Below are positions 24,646-37,018 of a stretch of 64,000 bases of DNA, one piece after another. This DNA is from Pelomyxa schiedti. Lineage: Eukaryota; Protista; Evosea. The notes under the pieces are model-generated. The model was given only the letters and a program-made list of their open reading frames with translations. It was not told the DNA's origin and did no database searches. Position 1 is the first letter of the stretch, and every line of letters starts with the position of its first letter. The translations under genes were made by a program, and so were the position numbers. The stretch is taken from positions 1 through 64,000 of the forward strand of contig JAHLWZ010000150.1 in NCBI GenBank assembly GCA_020536535.1, written 5' to 3'.

Positions 24646-26581
24646 AACAAGGAGTTGGCCAGAGAGAACAAGGAGTTGCTGAAAAAGAACCTGGCACTGG
24701 CTAGTGAGAAAGAAGAGCTAAAAAGTTTAAATAAAACCCTTGCGACATCTCTCGACGAATTGAACAACCTGTGTAAGGTAGACTACATCTTTCACATTCT
24801 TTCGTTTTTACGTAGTTGTTTATTTTATTTTATTTTTTTAATTTTATTTTGTATTTGCAGAGTGAAAGAGACCAAAATGCCAGGAGACTATCTCTTTGCG
24901 CAAAGAAAACCGAGGAAACTACAACAGGTTGTAGTGCATCATACTTCAGTGACAGGACAGAACAAAAAGCACGCCGACAGTACCTTAGAACAATGAAGGA
25001 GATGGAGGAGGAAGGTCCAATTAAACTGTGGACTCAAAGCCCACTTTGGAATAAGCTTACAACTGGTATATCCGAATTCACGGGCAATGGTGTGCATTGT
25101 GACAGTCCATAGGAGAAAGTGAGAAAAAGCATCTACAACCAGCCTTTTCTGAGTTAATCACTTCTCTTGAGAAAGGGAGCTGTGGGCTTATCCATTTACA
25201 AGATACTCATTCAACGTTGTTGCATTCCTTTCTTGTGGTTTTTTGACTGCGTTTAAAGAGGATTCAAATTGGGGAAGCATCATGTGAAGCCAGGTGCTGT
25301 AGGCTTGATGACTGCCCGGGCTCATCCTATCCCACTGGAAGTCGCTTTCTTTGTGGAGTTAAAATCAAAGAAGCTCCCTATAGAAAAGGCTGTTGGACAA
25401 GTAGTGCGATATTGTGTAATTTTGATGAAGCAATGTCCTCCCGTTTTCCGGGAACGGGTAAGGTTCTGCTCCTACTCGATATTTTTGTAACACATTGAAG
25501 GCAGTTGGGGTTGCAACAAATGGCAGGGACACACGGCTTATTGAAGTCAGTCGGGACGATATCGAAACTCAAAATTACCAGGTACTTAACATTTAGCAAC
25601 CTGTACTTTAACACTTCAAGTGCTTCAACTTTGATGAGTTCCCTTTGGCGCAACTGCTTGGTACTTTGCTGAGCCAAAACAAGGAATTCCTTCTTGGTGC
25701 AAATTCATTGGAACCCTTTGAATTCAATGGGGAAACCATCTTGCCTGAACGTCCTCTGTCGCATGGAGCAACTAGCAGAGTATTTGTAGGTGTGTACTCA
25801 ATGTGTACTTTGCCCAACTTGACTGACTATATCCAGACAATTACAAGAAAGTCTGGAAAGTTGCCAGAGACGAGGCACTTTTTCCTGTTCTGGAGAAAGA
25901 GGCTGATTTGTTACAACGGTTTTTTCGGGTGTAGTACCAGAAGTTTGTCAACCCTATTAACGCCAACATTAAAAGGAACATATTACAGGCGTACCAACTG
26001 TAACCGGGCAAGTGAGTCACGGATTTTGCATGGAAGAATGTGGCACTCTCCTGAGAGAAAACAGGTTACTTCTGCGAGGACTCAGCCATCAATATGTGGA
26101 TACCCTCAAGCTAGTTGGCGCTTTGAATTATGTTCACAGAGATTTGAGACCTGCAAATGTGTGCTAAGCAAATTATTTTGCCTTGTTCATAATAACACAC
26201 CAGCTTCTTGTGTGCAATGGAAAAGCATTGATCATTGACTGGGGATTTGCTGTATGCTGTGGCATTAACGGATACCAGGGGACTATCCGCTATGCCTCCT
26301 TCAGAGTTTGGAAGCAACTATCAGCAAACCGGTTTACTGTTGGAACTCCGACTGACGTGCAACTGGCAGACGATCTCGAGTCCCTTGTTCTTTCCATTGC
26401 CGCACTAAGTGTTGCAGGTTATGACAAGACGGTGCTTGGTACCCAACTCCAGGACATTTGGACCAATGTTTGGGATCCAATTTTCAGTCCAACAAGTGCC
26501 TGGAGCCCTCTTCTGGATGCAGCCCGAACCTGTAACTATTCTGAGCTCCACCGTCTGTTTGACGCCCTTCTTTTTCCATAG
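24646..26581 (+). CDS. Crinkler-type PD-(D/E)xK restriction-endonuclease-fold plus protein kinase fusion (5' end lies in the gap)
   Basis: DTHST...VKPG...FFVELK...GQVVRY, then the kinase SHGATSRVF, KVARDE...E, YVHRDLRPAN, IIDWGFA, GTIRYAS, DDLES. Confidence 0.7.
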
Positions 26582-26650
26582 TCTTGCGAAGAACCCAATT
26601 CACTTCACAGTAATTCTACAGAATGAAGAATATTGTGTTGTCAAATTCTA

Positions 26651-28075
26651 TCAGTGACCATTTGTGTCCCTTAGCAAAGAGTCGAGTTCTGCTTGGACTT
26701 GGGGGTTGGTGATGAAGGAGTTGCCTAGATACAGGCACTGTGACTGAGGCATGAAGGTGTCACAAGTAGTGATGGCTGAGTCTTCTGATGTAATCAGCTC
26801 CACTGTGCACCCGTGGACGAGTGCCATTGGACAACCTGCCAATTATCGTCACTATCAGAAAGGCGATTGTTGTACCTACGCTCATCCGCTTCACCCATAA
26901 CTATTTGTGCCATAGAACTGAGGTTGTCAGCGAGGGCCTGATTTGTGATGCGGAGAGGCCTACCAAATAGATCGTTGCACTCGAGTTTGTTTACAATTGA
27001 TCTATATGAAAATAAAAGGGAAAACGGAAAAAAGTTTAGTCAGTGGCATACTTGATTCCACACACAGCTACGGCGAGGCCAGACGTACCTTTTCTAAGAG
27101 GCTGAACTGTGCTATCTGTCATTATAACTCCAACATGCACTCCCCACCTCCGATAGATTTCTGGTAAAGACCATCTTAAGCTTCAAAACAGAGAAAAGGG
27201 CAAGAAAATACCTCTCCAAAGTTTAAGGACAGTTAAATCCGTATTCCTTGGAAATCTAATGAAGTTTCCTTCACCAGAATTGCTCCGGTCAATACCAGAG
27301 TTAGGTAAAATGAGTCCCTTTCTCATGGTGGTGATTACATGTGGGGCATCTAGCTTAATCTTAATATGGAATGTTGGTTAATTGGTTACATGCATCCGAC
27401 AATAGAGTCTGCATCATCCAAAATCGCCTGAATAAATTCAGGAGGCAGCATAGTCCTGCAAGATAAGTATTAGTTAGTTAAGGAGGGANNNNNNNNNNNN
27501 NNNNNNNNNNNNNNNNNNNNNNNNNNNNNNNNNNNNNNNNNNNNNNNNNNNNNNNNNNNNNNNNNNNNNNNNNNNNNNNNNNNNNNNNGGAATGTTGGTT
27601 AATTGGTTACATGCATCCGACAATAGAGTCTGCATCATCCAAAATCGCCTGAATAAATTCAGGAGGCAGCATAGTCCTGCAAGATAAGTATTAGTTAGTT
27701 AAGGAGGGACGGGGAAAGAGGCACTTTGTAGCCAGTGGTGCAGCCAGTGGTGAAGTCACTTTGATTGAAGCAAGCGAGAACCTCTCCCCCTCAATGAGGC
27801 CACATACTTTGCTTGACACCACAATCACGTCTCCTTCCTTTGTTTCCACGAACCTACAACTTTAAAAAACCCACACGTAACAAACAAACAAACAAACAAA
27901 CAAAAAAACCATTCAAAAAAAAGGGAAAAAAATGCCCCCCAAACGAAACAAACAAACCAACCTGAGGAGCGGCAACAGACCCAGAATCAATAGCGCGTTG
28001 TAGTACCTCCAGCAGATCGTCGCCCTCGTGTAACACACGCCACGCCTTAACTCCGCTGCAACACACCCGCGACAT
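26651..28075 (-). CDS. cofE: CofE-family (F420-0:gamma-glutamyl ligase / FolC2-like) gamma-glutamyl ligase, spliced
   Basis: Exons give GDDLLEVL, EGDVIVVSSKVCGLIEG, PNSGIDRSN, VGVIMTDS..QPLRKGTSGLA, DLFGRPL..T.QALADNL, MGEADE, PMALVHG. Confidence 0.85.
27368..27709. other. False gap: a 121-bp overlap duplicated either side of 100 N (27489-27588)
   Basis: 27368-27488 is identical to 27589-27709. Confidence 0.95.
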
Positions 28076-28329
28076 CACACGCCCCCTTGGCCTCCTCGTG
28101 GGCTCTTATTTATTAGTTTATTGTGCCCCAACAGATCTGTCTGTGATTGAACTTCGCTGAGCCGGTGCATTCCATCTTCGCCGATGAACCTTTTTTTCTT
28201 TTTTTAGTTGTTGTGTCTGTGTTGAGCAATTAAAAACTGTGTTGTTGAGGGCAGGTTGGATTTCAATGCTCAACCAAGGTAAGCTGAATATGATAATATT
28301 ATATGTTATACTGAAGGACGGTGTGTGGG

Positions 28330-29553
28330 TCAGTGGAGAATTCTGAACCTACCACTAATAGGGTAGTGGTCCGAGAGTTCCATTGCGGTTTTGGAGCCAC
28401 CCTTGCGTGATGGAAGGCTGAAGCTTGTGTTGTCCTGAACGGCAACTTCCAGGGGCAAAATGTTTCGGACAAAGAAGTAGTCTAGCCTGTAGCTTTCGGT
28501 GCCGTGTGAGAAGAACTGCTTCAGGGAGTTCCTGCTGTCACTGGTCAGGAAGAGTTGGTTTGTTGTTGTCACTGCTACAGTAGAGGTTGAGGGCGGAATT
28601 TCCGGCTTTATTGCAGTTGTAGTTGTGGTAGTTGCCTCACTATTTTCTGCAATGCTGGAACTTGTTTCCACTGTCGTGGTACTTGATGTGACTTCCGCAC
28701 CGGTTGTTCCTCCAGTTTCTGCTGAAGGTGTACTGTGCGCCATTGGTACAGCACTTGGCGGAGAGAAGGTAAGTGGGTGAAGCATTCGAAATGCATCACG
28801 AAGACCCTTCGAGGCTAGCTGCTCACACATAATGGAGTACTGCCCAGTATAAGCGGTGTAGTCAAGGTTGAGTTCAGCAATGTTCATATCACCCATCAGA
28901 ATCACCGGCTCGTTCCCGTCCGGAATCACAGACAGAACTTTCCGCATGTTCTCCTCCCTGCAGTCCAGAATCTCCCTAGCATTTGGGTTCGAGTAGCAGT
29001 CTGAGCCAACAACAGCAAATCCGGCCTGCAAATGTGTGACAATGATTCTGACACCGTCAACAACGACGCTAGAAACGCCTTTGCAAGCAAAAGCGTCCCA
29101 GCCCGCCAGCTTCTCGAATTTCACAAACGTGCATTTGTCGAATGCCTTGGGCTTCTTGCACAAAAGCAGGATCCCGCCTCCCATAAGCGGCGAAAACGCG
29201 CTCCCGCGGAAGGCCAGCATCGAGTTGTACAGCCGCGCGACCGATCGCGCGATCGAGTCGGCCAGCGACGTGCTCCAGACCTCGCACAGGGCAACGAAAT
29301 CGGCCCCCGACGACATAATTAGTCGCGAGATCGCGGCGGCGCGGTCGGCGTCGTAGTAGGCGAGATTCCGCGCGAACGTGGCCGCGAAGGTCCCCGCGAA
29401 GAGGTGCGTGTTCAGAAACAGGAACCTCCGTATTTCGACGTCGTTGTCGTCGCCGCTGCCGCTGTCATTTCCAGGTTTTTTAGGACTGAGGAGGCTCTCG
29501 TTGGCGCAACTTGACGCTCCGAAGGATGAGCCTCCTGAAGGAGAGGCCGCCAT
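28330..29553 (-). CDS. Exonuclease-endonuclease-phosphatase (EEP) family enzyme, sphingomyelinase/phospholipase C-like, intronless
   Basis: FLNTHL, DFVALCEVW, GGILLL, DAFACKGV, THLQAG, MGDMN, RLDYFF, LSDHYPI in one ORF; first in-frame ATG at 29553. Confidence 0.85.
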   Translation of the reverse strand: MAASPSGGSSFGASSCANESLLSPKKPGNDSGSGDDNDVEIRRFLFLNTHLFAGTFAATFARNLAYYDADRAAAISRLIMSSGADFVALCEVWSTSLADSIARSVARLYNSMLAFRGSAFSPLMGGGILLLCKKPKAFDKCTFVKFEKLAGWDAFACKGVSSVVVDGVRIIVTHLQAGFAVVGSDCYSNPNAREILDCREENMRKVLSVIPDGNEPVILMGDMNIAELNLDYTAYTGQYSIMCEQLASKGLRDAFRMLHPLTFSPPSAVPMAHSTPSAETGGTTGAEVTSSTTTVETSSSIAENSEATTTTTTAIKPEIPPSTSTVAVTTTNQLFLTSDSRNSLKQFFSHGTESYRLDYFFVRNILPLEVAVQDNTSFSLPSRKGGSKTAMELSDHYPISGRFRILH

Positions 29554-29719
29554 TTGTTCGGTGAAGTTTTGATTTTCGTTCGAACGGAAGTTTGTGATTG
29601 TTTTATGCAAAAAATGTTCAGGTCTAGACCGAGGGGCCAAGGGGAAGTCAAATGTACAATTGGGGACTTTATTTATCTTGCAAGTGGTGTATTGGGGTGA
29701 GGTATTGAGGGAGGGCCGG

Positions 29720-30379
29720 TTACTCTTGATACTCAAATACTAGTTTATACAGGTCTGGTTCCAGGTGAGCCAGTTGCACATGGCAGTTTCGTGCATGCCA
29801 TGATGCATTCAACCCATCAATAAAGCTGTTGAGATTGGATAGTGTTGACCCGTATGAGACATGCCCGACACTGGCTCCGGTTCCGCCACCAAGAGCTCCT
29901 CCAGCAACTGTATAATATTATATTAGGGAAAAAGGAAAACCAAGACACAAAACACAGGGTGTTAAATGGTACGTAGATGTCTGTGATCTTCTTATATTGG
30001 GTGTTTTTTGTTTTTTTGTATTGCTTTGAAGCATACGTAAAATTCCAGCAGAAAAAGGAATCCCCATTCCAAGGGTAGCTATACCCACTACCGCAGCCAC
30101 TGGAGCTGCCACCAGAGTGCCCACGAGAGTGCCGTACTTTGCTCCCTGTTTTAGTACATTAACTAACGAGCCATGTAACTGCGGCTTTTTATAATACATT
30201 ACCGTTGATTTGGGGTGGCACTCGTGCACAATGTGGTTTACTTTGCTGATGATGTCATTGTACTCAGCTGGCAAAACCAAAAGGCGCAGCAACTGCGGCG
30301 GCATCGAGTTGTCAAACAGTTGCCCTGTCGTTCGACTAACCACTATTGTCTTGGTGACGACTAGTCCGGGTTGCAGCAT
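29720..30379 (-). CDS. Small membrane protein with a Gly-rich hairpin, weakly Erf4/GOLGA7-like
   Basis: FDNSMPPQL...EYNDIISKVN, hydrophobic GxxxG segment, one intron, then LNSFIDGLNASWHARNC...YQE stop. Confidence 0.45.
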
Positions 30380-30686
30380 GGACCGGTTTTCAACGGTTTT
30401 TTTTTTTTTTGTGCTTGGCCAAGTTGAAAAACATTCTTTGGCTTTTGATGGCACCAAGTCGATCAGGACTTGCAAATGCGGTTCCCTTTCCTGTTGCATA
30501 ATAGCCGCTGCGTTTTGTGGGCTGTCTTGTGGCAAGACATTTGTTGCAAGCAACAACGCTAAAGAGGAAGAAGAAAACTAGTGTTCAAAACACTTATTAT
30601 TATCTTCTGAAAGGGTATTCACCCACACACATTTACAACTGGGGATTCATTTGTCAAAGTGGAAGCGTAATCGCCGCACTTGCTGC

Positions 30687-31262
30687 TCAAGACGACGACT
30701 TGCTGGAATCCACAGAGGCACTGCTAGAGTTGAACTTGGTGACGGCCTTTGTCCCCTCGCTCACAGCGTGCTTGGCCAGCTCACCGGGCAGCAAGAGCCT
30801 GACTGCGGTCTGGATTTCCCTGCTTGTGATGGTGTGCCTCTTGTTGTAGTGAGCAAGTCGAGAGCTCTCAAGGGCCAGGCGCTCAAAAATGTCGTGCACA
30901 AAGCTGTCCATGATGGCCATAGCCTTCTTGCTTATTCCAGTGTCAGGGTGCACTTGTTTCAACACCTTGGGTTTGTGTGATTAGAATTGTGTCTATTTAC
31001 GCGGGTGACACAAACAAAGGTAACGCCGCGAGCATGGGAACAACACCAAAAAACCAATAAAAACAAAACGATAAAACGCGAACGATACCTTGTAGATGTA
31101 GGTCGAGAATGAGCTGAAGTTGCTCTTGCGGTGTTTGTGCTTGTCATCCTGACTGGCGCTTGTGCTGCTCTTCTTGGGCGCTGCTTTCTTCGATGTTGTG
31201 GCACCTGCGTCTTTCTTCTTTGTCGCCGCGGCGTCCTTCTTTCCTCTTCCTTCTCCTGGCAT
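30687..31262 (-). CDS. H2B: Histone H2B (one intron, 30966-31088)
   Basis: YIYK|[31 protein letters not shown]...[29 protein letters not shown]. Confidence 0.97.
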
Positions 31263-31523
31263 TTTGGCTTGTTTGCTTTGTTTGTTGTTTGTTGTTTGTT
31301 TGTGGGCTTTTGCTTGTCGCGAGTTGTTTTTTTATAAAGAAATGATTAAAATTTTCTTGATCCTTTTTCTTAGTCAGCCGAGCAGGCGATTTAAATTACG
31401 TAATTCGAAGGATTTCTGACCAATAGCAGAACAGTTTTTTTGGACCGGAAAGAAAAGAAAAATAGAAAGAAACCCAAAAAAAAAAGAGGCCAATTTCTAA
31501 GTCCCTGGACCAGATCCGGGCGA

Positions 31524-34500
31524 TCATCCCAAGCGGCGTAGAGCGAACAACTTGATTTGCGTGGGAGCGAGCTCCGGCCGTTGGTTCACGTACACCATTC
31601 CCCACATGTGCTGAAGTAGCCACTGCTTGGTCTGGTCGGTCACTGTGTATTGTCTCCAGGTGATGGCGGGGGGTGTGGGCAGTACTCCAACAAGAGTGAG
31701 CTTGGAGAGCAGGGTGGTGATGGCCAGGGCGTCGTCGGAGCTGTGTGGGTTGTGTCTGTAATTGATGGAAAGAACGTGGGGCGAATACCTTCCGGTGATG
31801 ACTTTTTGTATCTGGGGTGAAACGAACCGCTCAAAGGCCAAGAAGGGCTCAGTTTGCAGCTGCAACTTTCGTTTTATTTGCTCAAACTGTTGCTGGGATG
31901 AGACTTGCATTTGTAAGAACAAATAGGAGTACCCATTCGGCTGTAGGGACCCATTCAGCAGAAACTGGAGGAACGATCGTGCTACTGGAGGTTGTGGTAG
32001 TTGTGGTAGTCGTGGTTGTGGTTGTAGTTGTAGTTGTGGTTGCTGCTGTTGCTGTTGCGGTTGCGGTTGCAGTTTCTATTGGGGTAACGGGTTCACTTGG
32101 TGTCTCAGGTTTTGCTTCAGTTTGCACTTCTGTTGCTGCTGTTTCGTTTGGAGTTGTTTTTGGTTCACTGGTTGTGGTCTGTGATGTTGTCGGTTCACTT
32201 GGCAACATTGGCGGGACCAAAGTTGCTGGCGTTGTCACAGTTTCGGTTGATTGTTCAGGTTTGTTAATCTCTGTCTCGACCTTCACTGGAGGAACTAGTT
32301 GCTCAAATGTGACTTGGTTCAGCTTCTGGAAAGAAGTGATGCGGCGTAGAACACAATAAGCAAGGGGAATATTCCCTGAAAGGAGTCAATTTGAATATGC
32401 TATGCTGTAAGGAACCTTGGTATTGGTACTGCATAAGCGAGTGCATTGCATCCAGAAGATGCATGGAATAGGTAATATTGCGAGGGGATTGTCTGGAAGG
32501 CTTAACTACATTTGGGAGGCAAGGGGAAGTACTTTATGAAACTTATCCTGCTAACCAGATCAAACAAAGATACAAGTGCAGAAACAGTTTGCATCAGCAA
32601 AGACTTGATAAACGGAGCTATGTTGGTCATCAGAGTAACAAAGCCCTCAGTAAGAGGCCCTTTTCGTACCCCCTTTTTACCATTCTCCTGGAAACAAAAT
32701 GAGGAGGGAAAAGAAATAATGCTCGTAATACTGTAATAACAACAAGCTTGCAGAATAGCTACATAGGTGTCAGTGATATTAAATTACAATATGGAAAGCT
32801 CACGAGAATGAGGAAATCTGCCAGGTTTCCATTTACAGGATTTATTCCAAGGAAGTATTTCCTTGGGTACCATGGAGCGTTGAGAGCAGTATTGAATTCT
32901 CTGTCTTCGCTTAAGAAAAGTAGTATCATCAATCCATTTTGGACCATTCCTTGATAAGCTTTTTTTTTTTTAGAAATAAGTACAGGTTAAGTTAACAGAG
33001 ATGCGGCGAAGAGAGTCTCAACCAGGATCCTTTAGTCCGTGATCAATGAAGAAAAGAAGTGGAAGAATAATCTTTGGAATATCTTCTCTGCTTGTCAAGA
33101 AACTCCTGAAACCCTAAGACTCTCTTAACAATTGAATGCAGGCCTAAGTGTCCCACCTGATTGTAGTAAACGAGATACCAATAAAATAGCATCATCTCTT
33201 TGTAACATTCAGCACTACGGGCAGACCAAGGTAGATAGTGGTTAGCTGCATTGATTGGTGAACTACAATTCAAGTTAGTCACGATACGAGCTTGTGTTGA
33301 CTTACTACAACAGTCGGTCAATTCCAGCAAACATGAATTCGAATTGATCTTGAACTTTAATGGATTGAATGGCTTTGACAAACATGCTTGTACTGCGTTT
33401 TATTGGTTGCTGAGGAAGTGGATCAGGGTTTGGTAATGCAGGCTCCTGGGGTTTTGCATCACTGTCTACAGTTTGTTGTGCTGGATGTGGCTCTTGTGCT
33501 CCTTCATGCTCAACTGCCTTAGGAAGTTCTTCTGTTTCAACTTTCTCCGTTGATGGTAAGACATTTGGCTCATAGGAAATCAAAACTGAAAGAGGTTATT
33601 CCCGCATGAGAGCTTGAATTAGCGTACGCATAAGGAAGTGGGAGGAGGCTTTCACGAGCTCTTCAGGTACTATGGACGAAACAAGGTGGTTATATGGAAT
33701 ACCCCACCCAATGCTATCCCACGACATGATGATATTCACGAGAGAATAGAACAAAACAGCTGTGTGTGGAAGGGGTGTTATACCACCTTTGCCAACACCT
33801 GCACCACACAAGTATTCAAGGGCATAGTTAGGTGAAGTCTTGATGCAATCTGTCATTGAGTGAGATTACTGGTCCTAGATAATAGAAATCATGACCAGGC
33901 GTGTGGTAAAGAGTTCCACTACAGAGAGTGATGAGACACTTTATTACTTCAATTCGGTTGGTAAGCATCCCTTCAGTCACTTCGACCCACCCACCCACAG
34001 GTTTCTCAGAAGTTAGGCCAATTCCATGAGCCCTGGTGAGAAAAAATTACCATAACTGCAAGTTCAAGGACACTAACCATAAGTAGGTCAGAGGAATGGC
34101 ACTTGAGGATCCCGTCAACATAGGGAGTCCCGTGTTCACTGTGAAGCCAGGCAAAAACAATAGGTCAAGGAGTGCGTATAAAAGCTTGCCACCCAAAGAT
34201 TGGGCAATAGAAGCTGAGGCATGGTAAGAAGTAGTAGTTTCTTTTTTTAGGCTGAATACCAGGGGCAGATAAATCGGAGCTTTCCCAAATTACCTCAGGC
34301 GCCTCATCGAGAACTAGTGGGATAATGCGAGAGAGAACTCTCATAGAAGAGCGGTAAGTTGCTTCAAAAGAGGATGCGCTGACACTGGGGGAACCAGGGG
34401 ATGAAAGTGGCCTGCTCCTAAGTCGAGAGAGGCACTGGTTCAACAAGGCAGTGAGATTTGCAGGTTGAGTCCTTCTCATGATCCTGAAATTTTGTGTTGA

Positions 34501-34816
34501 GTGCTATGGTTTTCGAACGAGTATTGTTGCATCAATTTAAAAATAGGTGTGTGAAAGGCAATGACTCCAAAAATTCCATACAAACAAAAAAACCGTACTT
34601 TATATCGTCAGGAGCAATGGCATTGACAACGTCATCGTACGGGTACAGTGCTATCATTTTCGAGTTGGCCCAAAACTCAATCCAAAACTGCTCGTCGCCT
34701 TTGGGGTGCGGAAGGCTGGGATCTGCGATCTTTGGAATCGGCACACTGGGAACAGGTTGAGACGACAGCGCATGTATCCTTGCCGACAATGACGTTACGC
34801 TCTGGTCGTTTCCCAT
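31524..34816 (-). CDS. HID1: HID1/Ecm30-family protein
   Basis: Myristoylation-type MGNDQS, DEQFWIEFW, IRIMRRTQPANL, MRVLSRIIPLVLDE and C-terminal MWGMVY...IKLF. Confidence 0.8.
31985..32075 (-). repeat. Thr/Ala codon repeat inside HID1
   Basis: (GTT/GTG/GTA)n and (GTTGCG)n on the plus strand. Confidence 0.85.
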
Positions 34817-35119
34817 TTCTACACACACCCGACTCCGTGCTTGGGGTTTTTTTTTTGGTGTTTTTGTGTAGTTTGTTTTGTTTGACTTCGCATTCTGATG
34901 AATTGTTCTAGATATCAGGCCAGTCACAAGTTCACAGCCCAGGTGTTCTTTCCTCCCTTCAATGTGTCAAACCATGATTAAGAGCCCGGACACTCTGCCA
35001 ATCGGCTTCCGGAAACACACTAACATAGCCCAAGCATTCTTAGTAAACAAAAGCCTAGTCGTATGATAGGGGTGGAGAGCGACTCGGGAGTGCGAGGGGG
35101 TGTTGGTGCTGTGCACCAT

Positions 35120-37018
35120 ATGGCACCGGACAACACCCCTGTGTATGTGAACGAAAAGACGCTCGTTGACATGTTCACTGAAGTCATCGCTGCCACTGAA
35201 GACGACGTGCAGACTGATTGTGTGTTTTCTTTTGTTTTGGTCGGCAGCGCATAATGGCCTGTTGTCTAAGATGGTGGGAAGCAATCAGAGACTGCACAAC
35301 AAAAGTCTATTGATTCTGATGCAAAGAGAAGAAAATTGCTGTCAATGTTACAGTGGGGTCCATTATTTTTTTTTTCCCCCATCTCATGACAACTAAGAGA
35401 GGTGGATGGTGAACTTGATTTCATGCTTCAGGTTGTCAACCTTACCCTCGAGTCTCGCTACTTGTCCTTGGAATCATTTCCTAGGTCTCAGACAGACCCG
35501 CAGTTACTCAAAAAGAATGCTCTTGTCAATTTTGGTCAAAAGATTAAAGTACAATTGACCATACCTTTCTTCTCCACTAACTCCCTACACGCTCACCAAA
35601 GGCATTATCAACAGCTGGAAGTGTTTTGCGAGAAGCTGGACATGCCGCACAAGGTACTATGGCTGCACAACTCCGTTACCTCTCAGACTTGAGTGCGCTG
35701 AGAAAGTTCTGGAAACTTTTCTTGACAGTTGAGGCAACTGGTGTTGTTCTCACTCACGTGGAATATGGATTGAACACAGGCATGCCAGTGACTCCTCATT
35801 CCTTTCACAAGTTTCCACTGACCTGTGTGGTTATTCCTCAGTCGGTGCCGATTGTGGTCAATCTTTTGACCTCGTTGATTACTCCAGCACAGGGCACACA
35901 CAAATAGTAGCTCTTACAGGCCCTGCGTTTGGGCCACATATACGTCTTTGCGTGGAAGAAATACCCTCTCCATGTTCATCTCAGGATTGTGGCCTCCAAA
36001 CAACGTAACAAAAATCAAACAAGAGAAAAGCGGGAGGGAAGAAGAGAAGATTGCGCGTGTAACGCATAACCAGTTCTTCTACAGTTGAACAATCTCTTGA
36101 AACTTCAATTGGATTTTCTGAAAATCACGAGATGCTGGTTGCTTGGCAACAGTCTGTATTTGCACGACAAACTTATCAAGAAGTGAACTTTTACATGACC
36201 CTCTCAATTTTTCCTAATACCTGTAGCTCTTCCGGGATGCTGTTAAAGGGTTTGCTCCCACAACTCATGTTGACGAACACGGCACAATTATTTGTGATGT
36301 GGCGGGATACCCCCAACTTAATGTCTCTCTACAACCTGAGCAGCTTCTGAATGTACCTCACGAAAGATAATTATCTTATCATAACACATGTTCTGTTACC
36401 TGTAGCAGCAACCTCCAAGAAGACGAAAAATTCTTGAAATTGCAGCCCGTGAATTGTTAATGCAACAGTTCTCCACATGGAAGCATAAGAATAGGAAGCC
36501 ATCAGCCTTGTGGGTTCCCCCAAAACCCTTACGACCGCAGGACTCACCAAATAAAAAATGGTATGTGTTTCAGTCTAACTCTTTTCCTCAACACGATGCA
36601 GCATTCTCTCCACTGTAATGGAGATACATGCCCACCAATCCGCGTGCCGCCAGGCAATATCCATTTTTGACAGAATCGCCGCACAGTATAGAGGATTCTC
36701 CTTTCACATCAACACACTCCCGGTTTTGCAACCCTCTCTGGTAACGATATTTCAGCTGCAGTTTTTGAGGTTCGCTGTTAGTTTTTATGTGATTTGAGAA
36801 TAACCTTTCCCAGCCAAGAGCTGTGGTCTTACCTTCAGGGAACTGAATTCGTGCTCAATCCCTCAACTGAAGGGCCTTATTTCACTGCCCAAGAAGTTGT
36901 TCAACACTTTTTCTCCAAAATTTGCAGGTTTTGTCCCCATTCTAGTCATATGCATTACTTATGTAAAAACAGCACCAACAGCCACTTGGCGCCACTGTTG
37001 CTATCCCTCAACTTTTGA
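35120..37018 (+). CDS. Multi-exon hypothetical protein
   Basis: ATG 35120 MAPDNTP; chain of short ORFs with GT-AG junctions ending TNSHLAPLLLSLNF stop; no family recognised. Confidence 0.5.

Noticed and set aside
27589-27709. Tandem exon duplication in cofE
   Set aside because: Exact 121-bp identity around Ns matches the assembler overlap seen at the 24546-24645 gap.
27860-27960. (AAAC)n and poly-A/T runs as repeat elements
   Set aside because: They are intronic pyrimidine-rich tracts on the coding strand, seen throughout the window.
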